64,000 nucleotides of DNA from Octopus sinensis (GCF_006345805.1 NC_042998.1:154566001-154630000); one strand, 5' to 3'. Counted from the first letter of the stretch, positions 38,506 through 54,079 are shown. Program-made: numbers and translations. Notes: generated from the letters alone by a model not told the origin.

Positions 38506-39538
38506 ATGAGTGAAGGTATGAATGTATGTAAGTGTGTATGTGTACGCATGTAATGTATGTATGTATGCGTGTGTGTGTGTGTATGTATGCACGCGTGTGT
38601 ATGTGTGTATGTAGGTGCGTATGTATGTGTGTGGGAGTGTAGGTGTGTGTGTGTGTATGTGTGCGTGTGCGTGTATACGTTGGTGTGTGTGTATGTGAGT
38701 GTGAGTGTATGGGTGTATGTCATTCATGTGTGTGCGTGTGCAGGCGAGTGTGTGTGTATGTATGTGTGAGTGTGTATGTCTGTGTGTATGCGTGTCCGTA
38801 TGAGAGTATGTAAGTATGTGTGTGTATATGTGTATGTGTATGGGTGTATGTATGTGTGTATGTGTGTGTGTGTGTATGTGTGGAAGTGTGTGCGTGTATG
38901 TATGTATGTGTGTATGTATGTATGTGTGCATGCGTGTGTGTGTGTGTATGTATGTATGCGTGCATGTGTGTGTATGTATGCGTGTGTATGTATGTGTGTG
39001 TGCATGTGTGTAAGTATGTGTGTATGTGCGTATATGCGTGTGTATGTGTGTGTGTGTATGAATGTATGTAAGTGTGTGTGTGTACGCATGTAATGTGTGT
39101 ATGTATGCGTGTGTGTGTGTGTATGTATGCGTGTGCGTGTAGGTGCGTATGTATGTATGTGGGAGTGTAGGTGTGTGTGTGTATGTGTGCGTGTGCGTGT
39201 ATATGTGGGTGTGGGTGTATGTGTGTGTGAGTGTAAAGGTGTGTGTATGTATGTATGTGTGTGTGTGTGTAGGTATGTATGTGTGTGTGTGTGTAGGTAT
39301 GTATGTGTGTGTGTATGTATATGTGTAAGTGTGTGTGCGTGTATGTATGTGGGTATGTAGGTGTTCACACGGGCATGCATGCATGTCTGTGTATGTATGT
39401 ATACATACGCACGTATGTATATATGTATGTATACATACGTATGATTACGCACGTATGTATATATGTATGTATACATACGCACGTATGTATATGCATGTAT
39501 GTATACATACACACATATATATATATATATATGTATAC

Positions 39539-39572
<34 letters not shown>

Positions 39573-39924
39573 GTATATATATAATATGATATATATATAT
39601 ATGTATACATATATATATGTATACATATATATATGTATACATATATATACTATATATATATATATATGTATGTATATATATATGTATGTATATATATATA
39701 TGTATGTATATATATATATATATGTATGTATATATATATATGTATGTATATATATATATGTATGTATATATAATATATATATATATATATGTATGTATAT
39801 ATATATATGTATGTATGTATATATAATTGTATGTATATATATATAATGTATGTATATATATATATATGTATATATATGATATATATATATATATAATATA
39901 TATAGTATATATATATATTATGTG

Positions 39925-39955
<31 letters not shown>

Positions 39956-39957
39956 TT

Positions 39958-40002
<45 letters not shown>

Positions 40003-40346
40003 TGTATATATAATATATATATGTATATATATATATTTGTATAGATATATGTATATAATATATATTGTATATATATTATATAATGTATGATATATATATA
40101 TTTGTATATATATATATATTTGGTATATATATATAGTATATATATAATTATGTATATATATATAGATATGTATATAATATATATATGTATATATAATATA
40201 TATGTATATATATTTATATATTGTATATATATATATATGTATATATATATAATATATGTATATATATATATGTATATATATATGTATATATATATGTATA
40301 TATATATGGATATATATATGTATATATAATGTATGTATATTATATG

Positions 40347-40386
<40 letters not shown>

Positions 40387-40988
40387 TATGTATATATATA
40401 TGTATATATATATGTATATATATATATATATGTATATATATATGTGTGTTATATATGTATGATCTATAGTATGTTATGTATATTATATGTATATATATAT
40501 ATGTATATATATGTATATATATATGTATATATATATGTATATATATATGTAATATATATGTGATATATATAATATGTATATATATATATGTGTATATATA
40601 TATGTATGATATATATATATAATTGTATCTTATATATATATGTATATATATATATTATGTATATATATATGTGTGTATATATATGTATTGTATATATATA
40701 TGTATGTATATAATATATATATATATATAGGTATATATATATGATATATATAATGTATATATATATATGTATATATATATATGTATTATATATATATATG
40801 TATATATATATATGTATATATATATATTGTATATATATGTATGTATATATGTATATATATTATGTATATATATATATATATAATATATATGTATATATAT
40901 CTATATATGTATATATATATATTGTATATATATGTGTATATATTTATATATATATGTGTATTATATATATATATATGTGTATAGATAT

Positions 40989-41021
<33 letters not shown>

Positions 41022-41072
41022 TATATATATATATATATATGTAATATATGTATATATATATATATATATTAG

Positions 41073-41112
<40 letters not shown>

Positions 41113-41118
41113 TGTAGT

Positions 41119-41149
<31 letters not shown>

Positions 41150-41229
41150 TATAATATATATAAGTATATGGTATATATATATTATATATATATGTTATAT
41201 ATGTATATATATATATATGTATATATATG

Positions 41230-41277
<48 letters not shown>

Positions 41278-41542
41278 TATATAGTATACTTATAGATATA
41301 TATATATGTATATATATATATATATGTATATAGATATATATATATATGTATATATATATAGATATAATATGGATATATATATATGTATATATATAATATA
41401 TATATATAGTAATATATATATATGTATATATATATATGTATATAATATGTATATATATATATATATATGTATATATATACATATATATATATATGTATAA
41501 TATATAACGTTATATATATATATATATATATGTTATATATAC

Positions 41543-41589
<47 letters not shown>

Positions 41590-41714
41590 ATATGTATATA
41601 TATATATATACTTATGTATATATATATATGTATATATTTATATATATATGTATGTATTATATATATATATAGTATATATAACATATATTATATATATGTA
41701 TATATATATGTATG

Positions 41715-41747
<33 letters not shown>

Positions 41748-41764
41748 GTTATATATGTAGATAT

Positions 41765-41800
<36 letters not shown>

Positions 41801-41865
41801 ATATACGTATATATATATATGTATGTATATATATATATATATATACATAATATATAATATACATA

Positions 41866-41958
<93 letters not shown>

Positions 41959-42240
41959 CTATATATTTATTATATATACATATAACATAGATATATATAT
42001 ACATATACATATATATATATATAATATACATATATTATATATATACATATAATAATATATATATAATACATATACTATATATATATATTAATATATACAT
42101 ATATATATATATAATATATATACATATATATATATATATAATATACATATACATATATATATATATAAACATATACATATATATATATATATATATATAA
42201 TACATATATATTTATATAACATATATAATATATATATATA

Positions 42241-42303
<63 letters not shown>

Positions 42304-42311
42304 CATATATA

Positions 42312-42344
<33 letters not shown>

Positions 42345-42416
42345 GATATATATATATATATATACAATATATATATACATATATATATATATATATTATA
42401 TATATATACCATATAC

Positions 42417-42451
<35 letters not shown>

Positions 42452-42826
42452 CATATATATAATATATATATATACATAATATATATATATATAACATATA
42501 TATATACACATTATATATATATACATACATATATATATATATATATACATACATATATATATATATACATACATATATATATATATATAATATATAATAT
42601 ATATTACATCATATATATATAATATATATAATACATACATATATATATATATACATACATATATACTATATATAATATATATATATACATACATATATAT
42701 ATATATATATATTATATATACATACATATAATATATATATATATAATATATATATTACATAAAATATATATATAATATATATATATTATATATAATACAT
42801 ATATATATATACATATATATATATAC

Positions 42827-42864
<38 letters not shown>

Positions 42865-42992
42865 TATATATATACATATATACATATATATATATATATA
42901 ACATATACATATATAATATATATATATACATATATATATAATATATATACATATACATTATATATATTATATACATATACATATATATATAT

Positions 42993-43026
<34 letters not shown>

Positions 43027-43092
43027 CTATACATATATATATATATATAATATATATAAAATACATATATATATAATATACCATATACATAG

Positions 43093-43144
<52 letters not shown>

Positions 43145-43421
43145 AATATATACAGATACATATATATATATATATACATATACATATACTATATATATAT
43201 TATATATACAAACTATATACTATATATATATATATATACATTATTATATATAATATATATAATATATACATATATATATATACATATCTATATATTTTAA
43301 TATATATATATAATACATATATAATATATATATAGATATATATATATACATATATATATATACATATATATATATATATCTATACATATATATAGATACA
43401 TATATTATTATATATATATAC

Positions 43422-43456
<35 letters not shown>

Positions 43457-44630
43457 CATATATATATAACATATATATATATATATATATACATATATAT
43501 AATATTACATAATATATATATACATATACATATATAAATATATATAATAATACATATATATATAATATATATATATATAATATATATATACATATATATA
43601 TACTATTATATATATATAATATATATATGAGTGAAGGTATGAATGTATGTAAGGTGTATGTGTACGCATGTAATGTATGTATGATGCGTGTGTGTGTGTG
43701 TATGTATGCACGCGTGTGTATGTGTGTATGTAGGTGCGTATGTATGTGTGTGGGAGTGTAGGTGTGTGTGTGTGTATGTGTGCGTGTATACGTTGGTGTG
43801 TGTGTATGTGAGTGTGAGTGTATGGGTGTATGTCATTCATGTGTGTGTGCGTGTATGTATGTGTGTGTGTGTGTAGGTATGTGTGTGTGTATGTATGTGT
43901 GAGTGTATATGTGTGTATGTCTGTGTGTATGCGTGTCCGTATGAGAGTATGTAAGTATGTGTGGTATATGTCTATGGGTATGGGTGTATGTATGTGTGTG
44001 TATGTGTTGGTGTGGTATGTGTGGGAAGTGTGTGCATTGTATGGGTATGTATGTATGTGTGCATGCGTGTGTGTGTGTGTATGTACGTATGCGTGCATGT
44101 GTGTGTATGTATGCGTGTGTATGTATGTGTGTGTGCATGTGTGTAAGTATATGTGTATGTGCGTACATGTGTATGTGCGTATATACGTGTGTATGTGTGT
44201 GTGTGTATGAATGTATGTAAGTGTGTGTGTGTACGCATGTAATGTGTGTATGTATGCATGTGTGTGTGTGTATGTATGCGTGTGCATGTAGGTGCGTATG
44301 TATGTATGTGGGTATGTAGGTGTTCACGGGCATGCATGCATGTGTGTGTGTATGTATGTATACATACGCACGTATGTATATATGTATGTATATATACGTA
44401 TGATTACGCACGTATGTATATATGTATGTATACATACGCACGTATGTATATGCATGTATGTATAACAGACACACATATAATATATATATATGTATACAGA
44501 TATATATATTATATGATATATATATATATGTATAATATATATGTATAGATATATCATGTATACATCTATATATATATATATATGTATACATATATATATA
44601 TATATATATTATAGATATATATATATATAT

Positions 44631-44662
<32 letters not shown>

Positions 44663-44694
44663 GTTATATATATATATATGTATATGTATAATAT

Positions 44695-44731
<37 letters not shown>

Positions 44732-44988
44732 GTTATATATATATATTATGTATATATATATATTATGTATATATATATATATGCATATATATATATATAT
44801 GTATATATATATGTATATATCTATGTATATATATATGTATATATATGTATATATATGTATATATAAGTATATATATATGTATATATATGTATATATATAT
44901 ATGTATATATATATGTATATATATATGTATATATATATATGTATATGTATATATATGTATATATATATTAGGTATATTATTATATATG

Positions 44989-45033
<45 letters not shown>

Positions 45034-45170
45034 GTATATTATATATATATATGTATAATATATATGTATATATATATATGTTATATATATATGTATATAT
45101 ATATGTATATATATTATGTATATATATATTAGTATATTATATATGTATAGTTATATATATTGTATATATA
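38340..45170. repeat. 6.8-kb compound (TG/CA)n and (TA)n microsatellite
   Basis: Direct reading. The HT-, VC- and YI-rich ORFs here are repeat artefacts. Confidence 0.97.
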
Positions 45171-45171
45171 C

Positions 45172-45520
45172 GCGAGAAAGAAGCAACAAGAATGGATAGG
45201 TTTTTAGTACAATCGTTTCATACAAGGACAGGCTTTATTAAAAGTTGTAAAATTACAGCATATAAACGTGTCCCGTACTCATCAGCTAAAATACATGTGA
45301 GTTCTCTAGACATCCTAGTGTTGAGGCTATTACTCATGAAGTAATGTAGATAATTAAGTAACATAAACCGATTCCCAAAGTTCATTAAAGTTCTTTAAAG
45401 ATGATGTACAGTCTTATCACAGAATTTTAAAAGTTCTAATAGCATCACAGAGAAGGTGACCTAATCCATAGAGCACATATGAATTTCCAGAGATATGATG
45501 AGGGATACATACTCACAGAA
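45172..45520 (-). mobile_element. HHR-bearing PLE-type terminal fragment, family copy 2
   Basis: Homologous to 24660-25047. Confidence 0.75.
45202..45291 (-). ncRNA. Type I hammerhead ribozyme
   Basis: On - it reads UUUUAG-CUGAUGA-GUAC...GUAU-GAAA-CGAUUGU-A-CUAAAA. Confidence 0.8.
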
Positions 45521-45639
45521 GACCAATTTATCCATTGTTAATCACAACGAGGTGGGTCCTCAATTCCTGCTTATAGCATTACAGAGAGGGTGAATTAATC
45601 CTTTGTATAGATGCACAATTCCCAATGGTGTAGATGTAT

Positions 45640-45795
45640 CTGAGTTCAAATTCCATCAAGGTTGACTTTGCCTTTCCTCCTTTCATGGGGGTTGATGAAA
45701 TAAATACTAGTTGAACCCTGGGGTTGATGTAATCGACTATCCCCCTCCCCCAAAATTTCAGGACTTGAGCCTTCTGTAGAAAGGATTATTATTAT
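45640..45795 (+). mobile_element. SINE fragment (B-box to (att)n tail)
   Basis: gagttcaaattcc B-box-like motif. The body resembles 49800-49940. Confidence 0.6.
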
Positions 45796-46504
45796 GAGAG
45801 AGAGAGAGAGAGAGAAAGAGAGCAGTGCATGCCATCAAAGTGACACTGGGGTAAAACATATAAAGCCCAGTATACCTATCATGACTACCCGTTTGATAAG
45901 GGTACACTTCATTTCACATTGCTCCAGTCTATTCAGTTGTAAACAGGTACCAACTGACTGCTGGTGGAGCCATCTCTCTTCCTCCAGCTGCCACATCCTC
46001 AGTGTTCCACTTGTTCAAGAGATAGGTAGACTGAGAGGGGTGTGTCTGTGTCTACCTAGGATTACTCAGGCTGCTAAGGCTATTAGTAAGAGCATGGTAT
46101 CTGTGACCAGCTCATCACTCGTTTGTTTGAGTGACAGCTGGAGTTCCCTGTCAACATAAACATTTTTTTTTTGCTGAGCTTCAGGAATTTGAAAACAATT
46201 CTTGTTTGTTACTGTAGATTCTTGAACAGAGTTGAGATAATTCCATTTTTCAATTCCGACAGAGCTCATTGCATTAAAAAATTATCTTGTTTATGATTGT
46301 TTTTGTTAAATCAAAAATCTGGAAATAGCATCACATGACAAAGATGAAAAGACAATGGAACATGATGGACAGCTCCTCCACAGCATGTCTGTGAATAAAT
46401 TACACACACACACTCACTCACACACTTACACACACATACACACATGCACGCACTCAAACTCACACAGTCAGACAGACAAATGGATAAATATAGATATATA
46501 GATA

Positions 46505-46694
46505 CAAGTGGCGGCTGAAAAGTTCCTGGTTTTGGTTAATTATGATTTTATTCAACATATTCCCCTCTCAGATTCACATACTTATTGCAGTGGTCCTTCA
46601 GTTTTTTTCTCTCTGTAAAAGAACTCGGAAGGTTGTGCCTTCAACCAGGTCTTTCGCAATACCCTTAAAGCCAAGAACTTTTCACCACCCTTTC

Positions 46695-46695
<1 letters not shown>
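46505..46695. mobile_element. Mariner-type MITE
   Basis: Imperfect TIRs gtggcggctgaaaagttcctggttt and aaagccaagaacttttcaccaccc, with TA on both flanks. Confidence 0.65.
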
Positions 46696-46767
<72 letters not shown>

Positions 46768-47279
46768 ATATATACATATATATACATACACTCATATGTA
46801 CATATTGTTATCTATATTTCTATATAATCTATTGAATATAGATGTTATACATAAATTTTTTTAAACTTTCATGCTTGGATAGTATAACAATTGGACAGGC
46901 TTATGTAGGGTACCACACGCAATTGTTGGCTCCCTTGAGCCTGAATAAGTGCCTGATCATCCGCAGTAAACTTTACAAGTGTGTCCACTTATTGCGCTAT
47001 TCAAGCATAAAACTTGAAGCAGCTTGTGCATAACTTCTATATTCATTAAATGATATTCATTTCTTGGTATGATGAGTTAGACACACAAAGCAGTGTTGTG
47101 GAAAAATCAGATTTTTAGATCAGTTCAAATTCTTGCTTGAAGCAACAAATGATAAAACACCAACCATTGTCTCAGGGTACCACCTGTAGATTAATGAATG
47201 CATTTCAAGCTCCTTAGCTATCATCAGCTCCAGATACCAAGAGATACCCTGAAATGACTTTGGAAGTTATTACTTCTTT

Positions 47280-47840
47280 ATAGAAAATCAGTTGAAATTG
47301 CAGTGTGTTGAGTTGTTCCATCTGTTGAATGCAGAATTCCTCGTTGACCATTTAGTTCCATTCAAGCAATTCATAATGGATAATCCATTCCCAGTCCCAC
47401 CATAAACACAACATTGTTTTACGCGGATGAAGATCTTATTTCACATGCGGTGTCGCTTGTTTACCGGGGCTAAGCCATTCCTTACGTTGCTTCATATTGA
47501 TGTACAGGCACCATTTTTCATCGCCAGTAACAATTTAGTAAAAAAAAATCATCGCTTGTGTACATGAGTTGAGCAGTGACAAGCAAGCAAACCAGCGGAG
47601 ATTGTGGCTCATTGATTTTTGTTGTTGTCACTTAAAGTATGTGGAACCCATACTCCATACTTCTGAACCTTTCCCATCAAATGAAGATGTTTCTCTATAG
47701 CAGTGTGAGAGCATTCCGTTTTCTCTGCCAGTTCTCTTGTCATTTGACAAGAATTTTCATGCAAAAGTTGGTTTAATCACTCTTCATCAAACTCAGCTGG
47801 ACGGCCAGAACGAGGTGTGTCTCTCCATACACAGCACAAA
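47280..47840 (-). pseudogene. Decayed mariner transposase fragment
   Basis: Hand translation on - gives IVTGDEKWCLYINMKQRKEWLSPGKQATPHVK*DLHPRKTMLCLWWDWE. Boundaries are approximate. Confidence 0.8.
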
Positions 47841-48011
47841 TGTCACAAGCAGCTTTTCCATTTTAATGATCTGAAAATAAACAAAAAAATTTAACTAAAA
47901 TTAACTAGAAAAAAAAAAACAAAATAGATTCCAAAATGACTCAAAAATAGAATTCTCGAAAAAAATAGATTCCAAAATTTAAAAACGATATAAACTCCAA
48001 AATTTTAAAAA

Positions 48012-48050
<39 letters not shown>

Positions 48051-48500
48051 TATTGCACGTACACATACACACGTGCATTTGTGTTTGTGCTTGCTTGGTT
48101 TTCGACATTATGTAATAGTTCTAAGCCAGTGTTATTGTCACACAAGCACTGTCATGCGTTTCCAATTGTTTGGAAACAGGTGAATGTTGGTAACAGTAAT
48201 GTTATCAGACCATTGAAAACCTTGCCTCAACGAATTTCATCTAATCCATGCAAGCATAGAATAGTGGACATTCAAATGATAGAACAATGATGCTGCTGCT
48301 GCTGATGATGATGATGATGTGTGTGTGTGTGTGCTGTGACAGTAGATAATATAATATTCAAGTCATAATAAAATAAAAGTTTTCACCTAAATCACATAAT
48401 TAACCTCTTTCTTTTTCCCCGTCTTTCTCTTTCTTCTTTTGCTAGAAAACAAATAAGCACTCTCTCTCTCTCTCTCCCCCTCTCGCTCTCTCTCTCATTT

Positions 48501-48731
48501 TTAACTCTTTGGCATTTCAACTGGCCATACCAGGCCTAAATAATATTCTGTCTGTTTTGTGTTTGAATTAGCCAGATCCAGCCTCTCACACCTACCATAC
48601 TATCTCATTCTAAAAGTAAACAATCACATCCTTGAAATCTCAAAGCAATGAAATAAGCCGAGATTAATTCAAAACAATGCGAATTAATAAGCATTACATT
48701 GGACGGAGTAACCTGAATGCTACAGGGTTAA
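48501..48731. mobile_element. TTAA-flanked MITE (piggyBac-like)
   Basis: Ends ttaactctttggcatttca and tgaatgctacagggttaa form an imperfect TIR with TTAA on both sides. Confidence 0.6.
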
Positions 48732-48807
48732 ACATTATTTTGTTTGTTTCCTTTTTTTGTTTTATTTCTGGATCAATTAACAATGATGTGGTTACAGGCA
48801 TAGCTAT

Positions 48808-49265
48808 CATCATCATCATCATTATCATCATTCAACATCCGCTTTCCATGCTAGCATGGGTTGGACGATTTGACTGAGGTCTGGCGAACCAGATGGTTGC
48901 ACCAGGCTCCAATCTGATCTGGCAGAGTTTCTACAGCTGGATGTCCTTCCTAACGCCAACCACTCCGAGAGTGTAGTGGGTGCTTTTACATGCTACCAGC
49001 ACGAGAGCCAGTCAGGCGGTACTGGCAACGGCCATGCTTGAAATGGTGATTTTTACCTGCCACCTGCACAGGAGCCAGTCGTGAGGCACTGGTAACGACC
49101 TCACTAGAATGTTTTTTCACGTGCCAGTAAGGCGATGCTGGTAATGATCACGCTCAAATGGTGCTTTTTACGTGCCACCGGCATGGAAGCCAGTTAGCTG
49201 CTCTGGCAGTGATCATGCTTCAGATGGTGCTCTTAGTGCTCCTCTAGCACTGATGCCAGTCATCG
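48808..49265 (-). mobile_element. Older RTE 3' UTR fragment with (GAT)n tail
   Basis: Same diagnostic sequence as 14760 and 21548. Confidence 0.75.
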
Positions 49266-49729
49266 AAGTCAGGAATTCTGGGTTCAATTCCACAACATGA
49301 TACCTTAGGCTTGTGTCTCTTCTGCCATGGGCACATGTTGACTAAAACGCTAGTAAGTAAGCAAAAACTGCTTCTGCCCATCGGATGCAACACTGCACAA
49401 CTGAATTCTGGAGTGTACAGCATGGTTCTTGGTAATACAGAGGCATAGTGTACCTGTAATAATTGATTTGAGGACTGTACTTAGTATATCTGCTGATTAC
49501 CCACCTGTGGTGCCATTGGTTAGTTTGATTAGAGGTGAGCTGAGGTGGGGGGGCTACACAAATACCATACCAAATCATTTAATATCAAATCACATATATT
49601 TCTGCTGGTGTTGACTTTACCTTTCATCCTTTGGGGGTCGAAGTAATTGCCTTACCACTTCCTCAAAATTGCTAGCCTTGTGCCAATATTTGAAATCCTT
49701 ATTATCATCATCATCATCATCATCATCAT

Positions 49730-49945
49730 TAAGGTGGTGAACTGGCTGAATTGTTAGCAAGCTGGACACAATGCTTAGCAGCACTTCGTCCATCTTTATG
49801 TTCTGAGTTCAAATTCCACCAAGGTTAACTTTGCTTTTCATCCTTTCAGGGACGATGAAATAAATACCAGTGAAGCACTGGGGGTAATGTAGTTGATTAG
49901 AGCCCTTCCCCCAAAATTGCAGGCCTTGTTCCCATAACAGAAAAG
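49730..49945 (+). mobile_element. tRNA-type SINE, diverged
   Basis: aaggtggtgaactggc 5' end, gagttcaaattcc B-box-like motif, and a body shared with 45640-45795. Confidence 0.6.
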
Positions 49946-50337
49946 ACAAAAGCAATCAAGTCATACATCACCCTATCACAACACCTCATCAACACCCTTC
50001 ATCAAAAATATTTTGTTGCTTTTTCTTCTCTTTCTTTGTTTTGCTGTTTATTTAGTTTGTTTATTATTTATTTGAAATGTTATCTTTTTCTTTCTTTCTT
50101 TCTTTTTTTTTCTTTTTGCTTTCATTGATTTATTTTATTTACATCCACACCAGCACACCTATATTTATATATATATATGTCTTTATATTTTCTCTTATTC
50201 CTAGGTGGAACTCTCTGGAAATGAAGGTTCAAAAGCTATTTTAATGTTATTATTTTGCCTGTTTTGCTTATTTTGTTTATTTCTACCCTGAAATATTAAC
50301 CTTCTAACATGCACGTCTTTGGCATGCATGCATGCTC

Positions 50338-50437
50338 NNNNNNNNNNNNNNNNNNNNNNNNNNNNNNNNNNNNNNNNNNNNNNNNNNNNNNNNNNNNNNN
50401 NNNNNNNNNNNNNNNNNNNNNNNNNNNNNNNNNNNNN
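50338..50437. other. Assembly gap (100 N)
   Basis: Run of N. Confidence 1.
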
Positions 50438-50469
50438 GTTAGAAAATCCACAATATCCTTAGGAGATGG

Positions 50470-51889
50470 CCCTGCTCGATCTGTAGAAAAGGTGTAGGTA
50501 GAAACTCTATAAGATGTACCCAGTGTAAGCTATGGACACATAAGAGGTGCAGCAATGTCAAAGGTAGGCTAACTGGGAAGATAGTTTTTGTATGTGGCAG
50601 ATGCTTGGAGCATTACCTCCGAAAATCTGCAGAAAACAACTTCCATCACTTTCCGGGAGGAAAAACTAGAAGTAGTTGATAGCCTCCGCTATCTAGGTGA
50701 CCAAGTCAGTAGTGGGGCGGGTGCGCTGAAAGTGTAACTGCTAGAATAAGAATAGCCTGGGCAAAAGTTTAGGGAGCTGCTTACCTTTGCTGGTGACTAA
50801 AGGCCTCTCGCTCAGAGTAAAAGGAGACTGTATGATGCATGTGTACGAACTGCTATGCTACATGGCAGTGAAACATGGGCCGTGACTGCTGAGGACATGC
50901 GTAAGCTCGTGAGGAACGAAGCCAGTATGCTCCGATGGATGTGTAATGTCAGTGTACTTACTCGACAGAGCGTTAGTACCTTGAGAGAAATGTTGACCTA
51001 AGAAGCATCAGTGTTGTGTGCAAGAGAGACGATTGCGCTGGTATGGTTCATGTGGCGAGAATGGATGAAGATAGGTGTGTGAGAAAGTGCCAATCCCTAG
51101 CAGTTGAGGGAACCCGTGGAGGAGTAGACCCAGGAAACCTGGGACGAAGTGGTGAAGCACGACCTTCGGACGTTAGGTCTCACCATGGAAATGACTAGAG
51201 ACCGAGACCTACTGGAAGTATGCTGCGTGAGAAGACCCGCAAGACTAGTGAAGCCATAATCCGTGGTCCCTACCTGGGACGTAGTCAGTCCACCTGTGCA
51301 TATTCCTTCTTGTGACAATTGTGAAGACCTGTTGAGGCAAGTGAGAATCGAATCGAATCAATCACAATCGAATCGAATCAAATCAAATCAAATCGAACCA
51401 AATCAAAATAGATGAACATCAATGGAATTTGTATCCTTGTGGTACCGTGCCGGTGGCACATAAGAAAACCATCCGAACGTGATCGTAGCCAGTAACCGCA
51501 ATGACTGGCCTCCGTGATTGAGGGCACGTAGCAAACACCATCCGAGCGTGGCCGTCCGCCAGCCCCGTCTGGCACCTGTGTCGGTGACACATAAGAAAAA
51601 CACCATCCGAGCGTGGGCGTCAGCCAGCCTGTCTGGCACCTGTGTCGTGGCACATAAAAAAAAACACCATCCGAGCGTGGCCGTCTGCCAGCCTGTCTGG
51701 CACCTGTGTCGGTGGCACATAAAATCACCCACTACACTCTCGGAGTGGTTGGCGTTAGGAAGGGCATCCAGCTGTAGAAACACTGCCAGATCTGACTGGC
51801 CTGGTGCAGCCTTCGGCTTGCCAGACCCCAGTTGAACCGTCCAAACCATGCTAGCATGGAAAGCGGCGTTAAACGATGATGATGATGAT
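50470..51889 (+). mobile_element. RTE LINE 3' portion with complete 3' UTR and (GAT)n tail, many indels
   Basis: Homologous to RTE C-terminal ORF 22035..22418. It continues through an aatcg/aaatc microsatellite and the UTR repeats to ttaaacgatgatgatgatgat. Confidence 0.88.
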
Positions 51890-51985
51890 ATATATATATG
51901 TGTATATGTATATATATGTATATATATATATGTATATATATATGTATATATATGTATATATATATATATATGTATATATAATATA

Positions 51986-52025
<40 letters not shown>

Positions 52026-52166
52026 GTATATATATGTATATGTATATATATGTATATGTAATATATGTTATATATAATGTATATGTATATATATGTATAC
52101 ATATATATGTATATATATGATATGTCTATGTATATATATGTAATATATTTATATGTATGTATATAT

Positions 52167-52415
52167 CATCATCATCATCTCATCATCGTTTAACGTCCGT
52201 TTTCCGCGCTAGCACGGAGGGTTGGACGGTTTTTCGACCGGGGTCTGGGGAGCTCGGGACTGCCCAGGCTCCAGTCTAGTCTGGCAGTGTTTCTACAGCT
52301 GGATGCCTTCCTAACGCCAACCACTCCGCGAGTGTAGTGGGTGTTTTTTACGTGCCACCTGCACAGGTGCCAGAGGGGTCTGGCATCGGCCACGTTCGGA
52401 TGGTGCTTTTTATGT
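52167..52415 (-). mobile_element. RTE 3' terminal fragment
   Basis: (cat)n-cgtttaacgtccgttttccgcgctagcacgg matches 28144-28330. Confidence 0.75.
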
Positions 52416-52665
52416 GGGGGGGGGGGAATCTATAGGGGAGCACCGTGTGGGAGGGGTGGTTCAGAGAAATGATGACAGGTTAGGCAAGTAGAACGTAGGA
52501 TATCAAGAGAGGGGTAATGCATGGTGAAATAGCGTATTGAAGAGGGGGGGGGTTCGAAGAGTAGACACCTATAATGGTGGTGGAGAAGCGACATCCGGTA
52601 TAGATGGAGCAAAAATATAGAGATATCCGGTATTGGTGGTGGGGGTGGGCAAGGGCGGGTTGCAC

Positions 52666-52844
52666 CGGGAATATGACGGGCTGGCTTAAAAATGCTCTTA
52701 GCAAAGGAAGAGGGGGGATGGCAGACAACGTAAAAGAGGGAGAGAGAGAAGGGAAATAGTGGAACCCCGCGAAAATGGGCCGCCATTGAAAAAAAACCCC
52801 TGTATGGAGAAATAATATGCAATACAAGGCGAAGCTGAAAATAG

Positions 52845-52877
<33 letters not shown>

Positions 52878-53559
52878 GCAAATTTTTCGACGAGGATCAA
52901 GGGACAATACTAATACTACTAATAATAGTAATAATAATAAATAATAAACAGCTCAACCACAACATTAGATTAGAAAGACTCTCTTATCTTGGGAACATTT
53001 CGTTTTCGGCCTGACACGGGAATATGACGGGCTGGCTTAAAAATGCTCTTAGCAAAGGAAGAGGGGGGATGGCAGACAACGTAAAAGAGGGAGAGAGAGA
53101 AGGGAAATAGTGGAACCCCGCGAAAATGGGCCGCCATTGAAAAAACCCCTGTATGGAGAAATAATATGCAATACAAGGCGAAGCTGAAAATAGAATAATA
53201 ATAAATAATAAATAATAATACTAATAATAATAATAAGCAAATTTTTCGACCGAGGATCAAAGGGACAATACTAATACTACTAATAATAGTAATAATAATA
53301 AATAATAAACAGCTCAACCACAACATTAGATTAGAAAGACTCTCTTATCTTGGGAACATTTCGTTCTTCGGCCTGACACGGGAATATGACGGGCTGGCTT
53401 AAAAATGCTCTTAGCAAAGGAAGAGGGGGGATGGCAGACAACGTAAAAGAGGGAGAGAGAGAAGGGAAATAGTGGAACCCCGCGAAAATGGGCCGCCATT
53501 GAAAAAACCCCTGTATGGAGAAATAATATGCAATACAAGGCGAAGCGAAATAGTAATAA

Positions 53560-53595
<36 letters not shown>

Positions 53596-53868
53596 GCAAA
53601 TTTCGACCGAGGATCAAAGGGACAATACTAATACTACTAATAATAGTAATAAAAATAAATAATAAACAGCTCAACCACAACATTAGATTAGAAAGACTCT
53701 CTTATCTTGGGAACATTTCGTTCTTCGGCCTGACACGGGAATATGACGGGCTGGCTTAAAAATGCTCTTAGCAAAGGAAGAGGGGGGATGGCAGACAACG
53801 TAAAAGAGGGAGAGAGAGAGAAGGGAAATAGTGGAACCCCGCGAAAATGGGCCGCCATTGAAAAAACC
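52666..53868. repeat. Tandem repeat, about 357-bp unit x 3.4, with internal (TAA)n tracts
   Basis: Unit starts cgggaatatgacggg at 52666, 53017, 53379 and 53736. Confidence 0.93.
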
Positions 53869-53869
53869 G

Positions 53870-54044
53870 TATATATGTATATATATATATATATATATAT
53901 GCATATATATATGTATATATATATATATATATGTATGCATATAATATATGTATATATATAATATATATATGTATATATATATATGTATATAATATATGTA
54001 TATATATGTATATATATGTATATGTATATATGTATATGTATATG

Positions 54045-54079
<35 letters not shown>

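Noticed and set aside
46020-46270. 67-aa ORF on - in non-repetitive-looking sequence
   Set aside because: No recognisable domain and no convincing splice-site pair.
50185-50240. Possible acceptor ttttctcttattcctag as an upstream exon of the kinase gene
   Set aside because: No clear donor site, and it lies next to an assembly gap.
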